Source of the DNA: a bacterium
Lineage (GTDB): Bacteria; Zhuqueibacterota; Zhuqueibacteria; Residuimicrobiales; Oceaniaggregativiventaceae
DNA: 64,000 nucleotides
Direction of reading: 5' to 3'
NCBI GenBank assembly: GCA_029565675.1
Contig: JAKQNP010000046.1
Span: 107,595-171,594 of the forward strand
The notes beneath the pieces are model-generated. The model was not told the origin of the DNA. It did no database searches and saw only the letters and a list, made by a program, of their open reading frames with translations. Shown here piece after piece: positions 56,094-64,000 of this stretch (positions within the stretch are counted from its first letter, which is position 1; each line of letters starts with the position of its first letter). The position numbers and the translations under genes were made by a program.

Positions 56094-56873
56094 ATGGCTA
56101 TCGACGAAAAAAGAATCCAATCCATACGCGAAAACGGCCAAATCCCTCGCCATGTGGCAATCATTATGGACGGCAACGGCCGTTGGGCCAAAGCGCGCAA
56201 TCTGACGCGCATCGAAGGTCATCGGGTGGGAATCGAATCGGTGCGCGCGGTTTTGCAGGTAGCTGGACGTCTGGGCATCGAGACCTTGACCCTCTATACC
56301 TTTTCCAAAGAGAACTGGAAAAGACCGAAAAATGAGATCTCGGCGTTGATGGCATTGTTGCTCAAAACTGTGAATGACGAGGTCAATGAGTTGAATGACA
56401 ACAATGTCCGTTTAGGGGTTATCGGCAACATCGACGATTTGCCGACTGCCCCCAGGCTGGGCATCAAAAATACCATCAAGCGTTTGCGCAACAACACCGG
56501 CCTGTATGTCAATCTCGCGTTGAGCTATTCCGGCCGCAACGAAATTGTCCAGGCTGTGCAGTCGCTGGCAGAAAAAGTCAAACAAGGCAAGCTCCAACCC
56601 GGCGATATCGATGAGAAAATGATTTCGCAAGAACTGCAGACCGATCAAATCGGCGATCCCGACCTGCTGATCCGAACCAGCGGCGAGATGCGCATCAGCA
56701 ATTTTCTCCTCTGGCAAATCGCCTATACGGAGATCTACGTTTCGCCCTTGCTTTGGCCCGATTTCCGTGAAGAAGCGTTTTTTGCTGCAATCGAAGATTA
56801 CCAACACCGTGAACGGCGTTTTGGGCGGGTCAGTGAACAGCTCGACAACGTACCCCAACCATCAGGGCAATAA
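56094..56873 (+). CDS. uppS: Isoprenyl transferase / undecaprenyl-diphosphate synthase
   Basis: HVAIIMDGNGRWA, plus a C-terminal RFG. Confidence 0.9.
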   Translation: MAIDEKRIQSIRENGQIPRHVAIIMDGNGRWAKARNLTRIEGHRVGIESVRAVLQVAGRLGIETLTLYTFSKENWKRPKNEISALMALLLKTVNDEVNELNDNNVRLGVIGNIDDLPTAPRLGIKNTIKRLRNNTGLYVNLALSYSGRNEIVQAVQSLAEKVKQGKLQPGDIDEKMISQELQTDQIGDPDLLIRTSGEMRISNFLLWQIAYTEIYVSPLLWPDFREEAFFAAIEDYQHRERRFGRVSEQLDNVPQPSGQ

Positions 56874-57057
56874 CTCTGGTTGATATTCGCAATCGGGTTG
56901 CAGCCAGACGGAACGCTCCTTTTGGACCAATTTTCAGCAACCGGTTACACCTGGGGTCATCGGCCTTTTCACGACAACAGTCAGTCGGCACCCATCGTCA
57001 GACACCCTGCGAATATGGCAAATCAATCCAACCCCTAAACTGGCGGGCTAAGCGGAT

Positions 57058-60000
57058 TTGCGTGCAAGAAGATGGGTCATTTTCGTCGTTTTGATGACTC
57101 TTGCGGTTTTTACCGTTGTCGTCTATGGGGGACGATGGCTTTGGCCTAGTGAAAACATCAAAAGTTACCTTCTCGGACAAATCCGCCCGGTCCTCGGCCA
57201 GGATTGCGATATCCGGCGAGTCCGCTTCGGTGTGGGAACCGTCCATTTTCTCGATATCGAGCTACCGCAACAAGATCAGCACTATTCGATTTCCATCAGC
57301 GATCTCCATTTTCGCTATAATCCTGTCCGTTTGTTGTTTCAGGGTCTGGATCCTGAAACCATTTCCGGCCATGCCTTGCTCAATCGACCCCGAATTACAT
57401 TTTATTCACCCACACTGAGCACCACCGCGCCGTCCGATCTGCAAACCTCTGTGGCCGTACTCGAACAATTGGAAAGCTCTTATGAGGAAAAGATCAAAAA
57501 ACTGCGTTTCCTCAAGCGCCTCTCCATCACAGACGGCGAAATTGTCCTGCAAGAGAACGATTCTCTGTCCACGATGCTTGCCAATGGCATAGAAGGCTGG
57601 CTGTATTCCAGCAATTCCGATACGGTGAACTTTAACCTCACAGGCAATCTCTTTTCCAGTAGAAAACGCAATCTCAAGCTGGACGGCAAAGCCGAGCTTG
57701 TGCAAGGCAATATTCTCGCCGTCAACCTGCTTCTCTCTGACTTTCCGCTCGATGAACCGATCCCGCCCGCGAATTCGGCGGATTTTACCATGCTTGGCGG
57801 CAAGATGCACGCAGCCCTGCAATTCCGTTCACAGCAAAATTTTGCCGACCAGCGCCGCTTCGATCTCGACGGCCGGATCCAAATCGACAATGCGTCCGCG
57901 CGCTTTGCGTCTTCGCCGATAAAAATCGAACAATTGAACACCCACGGACGGGTGCGCGACTGGCAGATCATTTTCGACGATATCCAGTTTTTGCTTAACG
58001 GCCATGCGGCCCGCGCTAACGCCAAGGTCTCCAACCTTCTGTATCCTCAGATCGATATGGACATCTCGTTGTCCCGATTTTTACTGCAGGATTTTATCGG
58101 GCTGCTCACTCCTGATCTGCAAAAACGGGTCAACGGAAGAGCGTCCGCGCATTTGCAGGTCAGCGGCCCGATCAGTGATCTGCAGCTCGCCGGAAATGTG
58201 TACGCCAACCGTCTGTGGATCGACCGCCGGGAATTCAATCGGCTCGTTTTGCGCGCTGCACTGAAAAACAATCTCATGAATGTGCAAACTCTGCTCCTGA
58301 GCGCTCTGCATCACGATCTCGCGGCCAACGGTGTGATCGATCTGAATTCGCCACAAAAGCCGATCGACGGCAGGGTCACCATTCACGGCTCCATCCCATT
58401 CACAGCTCTGGGCCTGCGCACATCGCTGGATCGCCTGGTAACCCATGTCGAAGCTCGCCTCGGCGGCACTGTGGCAGGTCCGGCGGCTTCTGCGCGTTCC
58501 AAACTCTTTCTCATCTCTGACCAGTCCGACTCTTTGCTCTGGTCGGCGGAGCTCCATCTCAAGAACCGCCTGCTGTCGATTAAACGGCTGCAAAACGACC
58601 ACACACCCGCCGTTGAAGGTTGGATCGATTTTGCTCGTCGTCCGGTCGAATTCGATCTGGCTGCTCATGGTCTGCAGAATTTGGCCGCTTGGTTTGTCCC
58701 CGCTTTTGCAAGCGAGTGGATCACACACCGTTTGCGCATGACCACTCGCCTTAAAGGAAATCCGGGACATTTCCAGCTGTTCAGCGATCTTCAGCGCCTC
58801 GAAGGCAGCTTTTACACACTGCCGTTGCTGCGCTCGTCTATCGATCTGAAACACCTCGGCGGCGACTGGCGCGGAACCGGATCCATCGATCTGCATCCGC
58901 AAAGCGAACACCCACTTTACGGCGAATGGGAACTGGCAAAAACAGCAGATCAAATGTTCACCCATCTCGTTTTTCCAGGCGAACAAATCTTGTTCGACCT
59001 CAAGCAATCTGCCGACACACCGCTTGCCGCTGCGTTCAAACTGTCCAGTTTGCCGGTTAATCGTTTGCTCGGCCTGCCAGATACCGCTCGGTTCGGCATG
59101 ATCGATGGCGAAATCCTCGTCCATGCACACGATGCTGCACCACAGGTCTCTGGCGATCTTTCGATTTCTGCGATTCAAGCGGGCAATGGCCATTCCTACT
59201 CGAGTATCCTCGGTTTCAATTATGATCAGCATCGTTTTGTACTCGACCCGTTGCGCCTCGACTCCGACCAGGTTACCTTGCTCGATGCTTCAGGCGAATA
59301 TCTGACGCTTGCCGATTCTCTCTCTTTTGTAATCCGCGGCGCCGGTTTTGATATCAATCACATCCTTTCGCCATCCAATAACAAAAAAGCGCTGATTTCC
59401 GGCCAATCTCTCATCGATATCCGTATCAATGGACCTCTCCTGGCTCCGCAGGTGGACGGCGTGATTGGCATCAAAGAAGGCACCATCTACCGCCTGCCGT
59501 TTGATGAACTCGAAATACGGCTGGGAGGTCATGAACAACCGCCTGCCGGCATTTTACCCCCATCGGTTAAAGGAATCACTCTCGAGCGTATCCGGCTGTT
59601 CCGCCGAGACGGCTATTCCATCACCGGCGGCGGTATCGTGCCGTTCGCCCCGAACGACAGCTTGCACATCCATCTGGATGGCGAGGGCAACTTTCTCCAG
59701 ATCGCCTCTGATCTGGTGGGGTATTTTCGCAACAGCAAAAGTCAGGGCAAATTCTCTGCTGAACTGAACGGCACCCGCATCAAACCACGACTGCAAAGGG
59801 CAAATTTGTACTTTGCGCAGGGCGAAATGGATTTTGGCTCAGTGGTGCCGCCAGTGCGCAACGTGGTGGGCGATATCTCCTTCTTGCCGGACAGCCGTTT
59901 TCTCAAGATCAACAAGTTGCAGGGCACCATGGGAGGGGAATGGTTCAGTATCTCCACGGTCAGAGCGACCGCGGAAATGGGGCAAAGACCGCTCGATGAA

Positions 60001-61218
60001 CTGGAAATCGGCAGCGCCGGCGTTAATCTGGGTGTTTTTGTCTTGGAGACCAAAGACCGCGGCGTACCTTTGAACATCCGTGGGCTGATGGAAAAAGACG
60101 TCTACGGCCGGCTGCAGATCTCCGGGCGCCAGGCCGATGAACCATTTGTTCTTGCCGGGCCAGTCGAAAGACCGGTATTGCGCGGCACCATCTATACCCA
60201 CGATTTTCGTTTCATGTATCCGTTTGAAGGCGGCGATCAGGCAAACCACAGTGTGGTCGTCGAGTTTTTGCGCAACATCGATTGGGATATTCGCGTTCGA
60301 CCGGCTGAAGATGTGCGCTATATCAACACCTTGCCCGGCGCTCTGGACAATGTCTATGTCAATCTGCTGATCGAGGAAGAATATGGCAATCTTGATTTTA
60401 CCGGCCAGGTCGACGACGGCACTCTTCGCGCCGAAGGTCGAATGCGTTCCACTGCCGGGTTGATCGAATATTTTGATATGACTTTTCGTGTCCAGGAAGC
60501 CGGCGTCGACTTCGACCGCGGCAGCATGTATCCGGTCGTTTACGGCGAGGCGCGGAGCACGGTTATCGATTCATTGGGACTGCCGTCCCAGGTGATTCTG
60601 ACCCTGCAGACCGTGGATCAAACCATGAACAAAAAAGAAGTCGACGATATCGTCAAACAGGAAAAGATCCGCGGACGCTGGGATCAAATCCGCTTTAAAT
60701 TGACCACGGACAATCCCAACCTCGGCAGCAACGAAGCGCAAATCCTCGCAGCGCTCGGCTATTCCACCGAAACCATGCAGGACAAAGCTTTTGATGCAAT
60801 CGGCATTAGCACCGAAAATATTCTCTTTCGACCTCTTTATCGTCCGATGGAACGGCAGCTGGAAAATCTGCTGAACCTCGATTACGTGCGCTTTAGCTCG
60901 CGCTTTGCCCGCAATCTCATCGCCAGCAATCTCAACGAAAACGCCGAACTCAACACCCGCTTGTCTCTGTTGCGCAGCACCAAAATCGTCGTCGGCAAGT
61001 ACCTGGCCGATCGTCTTTTTTTGCAGTATACCGGCCAGATCGAGGCGGGCATCGATTACCGGTATGAAGAAAAAAACATCGGTCTGCGGCATACCCTGGG
61101 GCTTGAATATCGCATCAATCCCAAACTTTTATTGGAACTCGAATATGATTACAATAGTTTGATGTATGAAAACAATGACGACAAGCGCATCGTTCTGCGC
61201 CATTGGTTTCCATTTTAA
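57058..61218 (+). CDS. tamB: Translocation-and-assembly-module protein TamB-like (N-terminal TM anchor, DUF490 C-terminus)
   Basis: The TM helix is WVIFVVLMTLAVFTVVVYGG. It is a 1386-aa beta-rich protein. The C-terminus LGLEYRINPKLLLELEYDYNSLMYENNDDKRIVLRHWFPF is the conserved TamB terminal domain. Confidence 0.8.
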   Translation: MRARRWVIFVVLMTLAVFTVVVYGGRWLWPSENIKSYLLGQIRPVLGQDCDIRRVRFGVGTVHFLDIELPQQDQHYSISISDLHFRYNPVRLLFQGLDPETISGHALLNRPRITFYSPTLSTTAPSDLQTSVAVLEQLESSYEEKIKKLRFLKRLSITDGEIVLQENDSLSTMLANGIEGWLYSSNSDTVNFNLTGNLFSSRKRNLKLDGKAELVQGNILAVNLLLSDFPLDEPIPPANSADFTMLGGKMHAALQFRSQQNFADQRRFDLDGRIQIDNASARFASSPIKIEQLNTHGRVRDWQIIFDDIQFLLNGHAARANAKVSNLLYPQIDMDISLSRFLLQDFIGLLTPDLQKRVNGRASAHLQVSGPISDLQLAGNVYANRLWIDRREFNRLVLRAALKNNLMNVQTLLLSALHHDLAANGVIDLNSPQKPIDGRVTIHGSIPFTALGLRTSLDRLVTHVEARLGGTVAGPAASARSKLFLISDQSDSLLWSAELHLKNRLLSIKRLQNDHTPAVEGWIDFARRPVEFDLAAHGLQNLAAWFVPAFASEWITHRLRMTTRLKGNPGHFQLFSDLQRLEGSFYTLPLLRSSIDLKHLGGDWRGTGSIDLHPQSEHPLYGEWELAKTADQMFTHLVFPGEQILFDLKQSADTPLAAAFKLSSLPVNRLLGLPDTARFGMIDGEILVHAHDAAPQVSGDLSISAIQAGNGHSYSSILGFNYDQHRFVLDPLRLDSDQVTLLDASGEYLTLADSLSFVIRGAGFDINHILSPSNNKKALISGQSLIDIRINGPLLAPQVDGVIGIKEGTIYRLPFDELEIRLGGHEQPPAGILPPSVKGITLERIRLFRRDGYSITGGGIVPFAPNDSLHIHLDGEGNFLQIASDLVGYFRNSKSQGKFSAELNGTRIKPRLQRANLYFAQGEMDFGSVVPPVRNVVGDISFLPDSRFLKINKLQGTMGGEWFSISTVRATAEMGQRPLDELEIGSAGVNLGVFVLETKDRGVPLNIRGLMEKDVYGRLQISGRQADEPFVLAGPVERPVLRGTIYTHDFRFMYPFEGGDQANHSVVVEFLRNIDWDIRVRPAEDVRYINTLPGALDNVYVNLLIEEEYGNLDFTGQVDDGTLRAEGRMRSTAGLIEYFDMTFRVQEAGVDFDRGSMYPVVYGEARSTVIDSLGLPSQVILTLQTVDQTMNKKEVDDIVKQEKIRGRWDQIRFKLTTDNPNLGSNEAQILAALGYSTETMQDKAFDAIGISTENILFRPLYRPMERQLENLLNLDYVRFSSRFARNLIASNLNENAELNTRLSLLRSTKIVVGKYLADRLFLQYTGQIEAGIDYRYEEKNIGLRHTLGLEYRINPKLLLELEYDYNSLMYENNDDKRIVLRHWFPF

Positions 61219-61464
61219 TCTTTGGCTGGCGACGGGAGAGCGCGGATTTGCCGCATTTGCGGTAAAAATCTGCTTTACAATATGATACTAATTTAGTACA
61301 TTTAACACTTGTTACCCAACGGCGTGCAGGATGTTCAGGAAAGACCGGACCGCCGGCGGTTTGCTTCATCTGGTTGGCCTTGTGGGGCCGCCCAAAGTGC
61401 GGGCGCCATTCGCACTTGAAGCAACTGGAGCCACTTCGATGATGATAAAGATGGAATTCTTTTA

Positions 61465-63768
61465 ATGCGAATCTACACACGCCTGCTGATCATTTTGCTG
61501 CTTTTCGCTTCAGCTACGGTTATGGCTCAACGCCGCACGGTTACCCTGCTCGGCGTCGCTGTCGAGGGAAACGAGACAACCGACGCCAATATGATCCGTC
61601 TCAGCGCCGGGTTGGCTCCCGGTACCGAGGTGTCGGGAGAAGGATTTCAAGATGCCGTGCGCCAACTGTGGCGGCTCAATCTTTTTTCCGATATCGATAT
61701 CGTCATCGACCGCGAAATCGCCACCGGTGTCTATATCATCATTCGCGTCCAAGAATATCCGCGTCTTGAAAAAGTAGAATTGCTCGGCAACAAAAAACTG
61801 AAAAAAGACGAGATCGAGGATATCCTGACTTTCTACGGCGGCCAGGTGGTCAGCCCCGGATTGCTCAGTCGCGCAAAAAATCAAATTCTGGAAAAGTATA
61901 AAGAAAAAGGGTACCTGCTGGCGGATATCGATGTCGAGCAATTTCCCAGCCCGGTCGATTCCCAGCGCGTCATCGTGCGCTTTAACTTTTCCGAAGGGGA
62001 AAAAGTCCAGGTCAAACGCGTTGATTTTTACGGCAACTCGGCTTTCGACGACGGCAAACTGCGCAAGCAGTTCAAGGAGATCAAAGAGGATCGCTGGTGG
62101 CGCGGCGCCGACTTTGACCAGGACAAATATCGCAAGGATCTCGAAAATCTGGTCTCTTTCTACCTCAACAACGGCTATCGAGACGCTGAAGTGCTGCGCG
62201 ACTCGCTCTATTACAACGCCAAACACGACGAAATGTATATCGATATCTGGGTCTTTGAAGGGCCGCAGTACCAGTTCGGCGATGTGACCTGGGAGGGCAA
62301 CCAGCTCTTCACCGAAGAGGAACTGGTATCCCAACTGTCGTTCATCAAAGGCGATATTTATTCTAAAGAAAAGCTGGACGAAGCGGTTTATAAAAAGATC
62401 GGCAGCCTCTATTACGATCGCGGCTATATCTATGCGACCGCCGCGCCGCGGGAGGTCCTCGATGCCGAGCATGAAATCGACCTCCATTTCATGATTTCCG
62501 AAGGCACACAGGCCAAGATCAACGACATCCGTATCGTCGGCAACACCAAGACCAATGAAAAAGTGATTCGTCGCGAATTGCGCGTCTTTCCCGGGCAGAC
62601 CTTTAACCGCGCCTTGCTCGAACGCAGCCAACGCGATGTCTATATGCTCAACTATTTTGGCAATATCGAGCCTTCCGTCATTCCTGTCGGCGAAGACAAA
62701 GTCGACCTGGTTTTCAAGGTTGAAGAAAAATCCACCGACACCGCCAATATGTCGGCTGGCTGGAGCGAGCGCGACCGCCTGATCGGCCAGGTCGGCGTTG
62801 CCATGGCCAATTTTCTCGGCAACGGGCAAACCATCAGCGCCGATGCCAATTTCGGCCGCTATTACAAATCATACAGCCTCAATTTTTCTGAACCCTGGCT
62901 GCTCGATTCTCCGACCCTGGTCGGCGTCAGTCTCTATTCGATCCGACGCGAACCCTACTACGTCGGCTATCGCCAGGTCAGCGACGGCGGTTCGGTGCGC
63001 TTCGGCCGTCGGTTGCGCTGGCCGGATAACTTTTTTCGCGGCGATTGGATTTATCAGTTGGATCGCACCAGTCTTTCCAATTTCAGCAGCTATTACCAGA
63101 CCTACAACCCGAACGGTGTGGTCACCGAGGATTGGCCTCTGATCAGCAGCGGCTTCACCCAGATCATCAACCGCAACAGCCTGGATCGCCCCGAATTCCC
63201 AACCGCCGGATCAGAGTTTACTCTGACGACCGAGCTGGTCGGCACGGTCATGGGCGGCAATGTCGATTTTCACAAACACACTCTGCGCATCGACTGGTTT
63301 ACCCCGGCACTGTGGAAACTGGTTTTTTACACCAGCTTCCAGGCCGGCTATATGGAAGGCTTGGGCAAGGACGCCAAAATTCCCTACCTGGAATACTATT
63401 TCATGGGTGGCGACGGTTTGTCCCGCGCCAATCCACTGCGCGGCTATGAAGACCCGCTCTCCGGTGGTACCGTCATCGCCGAAGGCGGCAAAGCCATGCT
63501 CAAATACACGGCCGAATTGCGCATCCCGATTGCTCCCAATCCGACCATTTTTGGCCTGCTCTTTGCCGAAGCCGGCAACACCTGGCCGGATTTCAAACGC
63601 GCTGATCCGTTCAGCATGAAAAGGTCCGTCGGTATCGGCGCACGCGTCTATATGCCGATGGTCGGCATCATCGGCTTTGACTATGGCTATGGTTTTGACC
63701 GGGTTGACCAAAATGGCAATCCAGATCCCAAATGGAAAATGCATTTCGTCTTTGGTCGAAGTTTTTGA
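61465..63768 (+). CDS. bamA: Outer membrane protein assembly factor BamA
   Basis: There is a signal peptide and POTRA repeats. The Omp85 barrel ends ...HFVFGRSF (terminal Phe). Confidence 0.9.
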   Translation: MRIYTRLLIILLLFASATVMAQRRTVTLLGVAVEGNETTDANMIRLSAGLAPGTEVSGEGFQDAVRQLWRLNLFSDIDIVIDREIATGVYIIIRVQEYPRLEKVELLGNKKLKKDEIEDILTFYGGQVVSPGLLSRAKNQILEKYKEKGYLLADIDVEQFPSPVDSQRVIVRFNFSEGEKVQVKRVDFYGNSAFDDGKLRKQFKEIKEDRWWRGADFDQDKYRKDLENLVSFYLNNGYRDAEVLRDSLYYNAKHDEMYIDIWVFEGPQYQFGDVTWEGNQLFTEEELVSQLSFIKGDIYSKEKLDEAVYKKIGSLYYDRGYIYATAAPREVLDAEHEIDLHFMISEGTQAKINDIRIVGNTKTNEKVIRRELRVFPGQTFNRALLERSQRDVYMLNYFGNIEPSVIPVGEDKVDLVFKVEEKSTDTANMSAGWSERDRLIGQVGVAMANFLGNGQTISADANFGRYYKSYSLNFSEPWLLDSPTLVGVSLYSIRREPYYVGYRQVSDGGSVRFGRRLRWPDNFFRGDWIYQLDRTSLSNFSSYYQTYNPNGVVTEDWPLISSGFTQIINRNSLDRPEFPTAGSEFTLTTELVGTVMGGNVDFHKHTLRIDWFTPALWKLVFYTSFQAGYMEGLGKDAKIPYLEYYFMGGDGLSRANPLRGYEDPLSGGTVIAEGGKAMLKYTAELRIPIAPNPTIFGLLFAEAGNTWPDFKRADPFSMKRSVGIGARVYMPMVGIIGFDYGYGFDRVDQNGNPDPKWKMHFVFGRSF

Positions 63769-63866
63769 ACCGTTTAACCGACTCTATGCTCTATCTTTAA
63801 TCACGACGTTTCATTGTCCGCGTCGACAAGCTTCGACTCGGATCGCAGACAGACAGGAGGAAATTG

Positions 63867-64000
63867 TGAGAAACAAACAAATCATCTTAATCGCACTGGC
63901 AATGATTCTCGCGCTCAGCACCGGCAATGCCTTTGCACAAAAAATTGCCTACATCAATTCTCAACAGATCCTGGCCAACTTCAAAGAAGCCACCGATGCC
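63867..64000 (+). CDS. skp: OmpH/Skp-like periplasmic chaperone, truncated at the 3' end by the window edge
   Basis: An AGGAGG RBS is followed by a GTG start. The signal peptide ILIALAMILALSTGNAFAQ is followed by KIAYINSQQILANF. The position after bamA supports the call. Confidence 0.5.

Noticed and set aside
58081-62829. Long - strand ORFs (58081-59232, 61510-62829) antisense to tamB and bamA
   Set aside because: The + strand products are unmistakable TamB and BamA, so the antisense frames are artefacts.

Overview
This is a 64-kb chromosomal window, about 55% GC. Nearly every real gene is on the + strand, and the six-frame track contains many long antisense ORFs that I judge to be artefacts of GC-rich coding sequence. 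The gene content points to a diderm (Gram-negative) bacterium of the FCB superphylum type. Evidence: several proteins end in type IX secretion (T9SS) C-terminal sorting domains, there is a PorV/PorQ-like outer-membrane barrel, a TamB-BamA-Skp outer-membrane assembly cluster, a Kdo transferase, an RpoN-dependent activator and SpoVG. Housekeeping genes are uvrB, purD, coaE, rnhB-yraN, tRNA-Thr(CGT), panBC, mtnA, uppS and bamA. They are interleaved with a surface/secretion block. That block holds three large T9SS cargo proteins: a 792-aa beta-helix protein, a 1414-aa S8 subtilase with an FG-GAP propeller, and a 3139-aa protein with six ~310-aa tandem modules. It also holds comEC, two PEGA-domain membrane proteins (one fused to a catalytically dead Ser/Thr kinase domain), a GT2 glycosyltransferase and TPR proteins. 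I found no CRISPR array, no transposase or integrase, and no recognisable restriction-modification, toxin-antitoxin or other defence cassette. The most interesting unexplained signal is a ~27-bp palindromic element with a fixed orientation (RAATTCGGTGC-N3-5-GCACCGAATCCRG). It sits in the leader just upstream of four + strand genes, with two tandem copies in front of the sigma-54 activator, plus degenerate relatives elsewhere. Several genes also show canonical sigma-70 promoters followed by 170-260-nt leaders with hairpins. Every call here comes from reading the sequence and recalling protein families; no database search was run.
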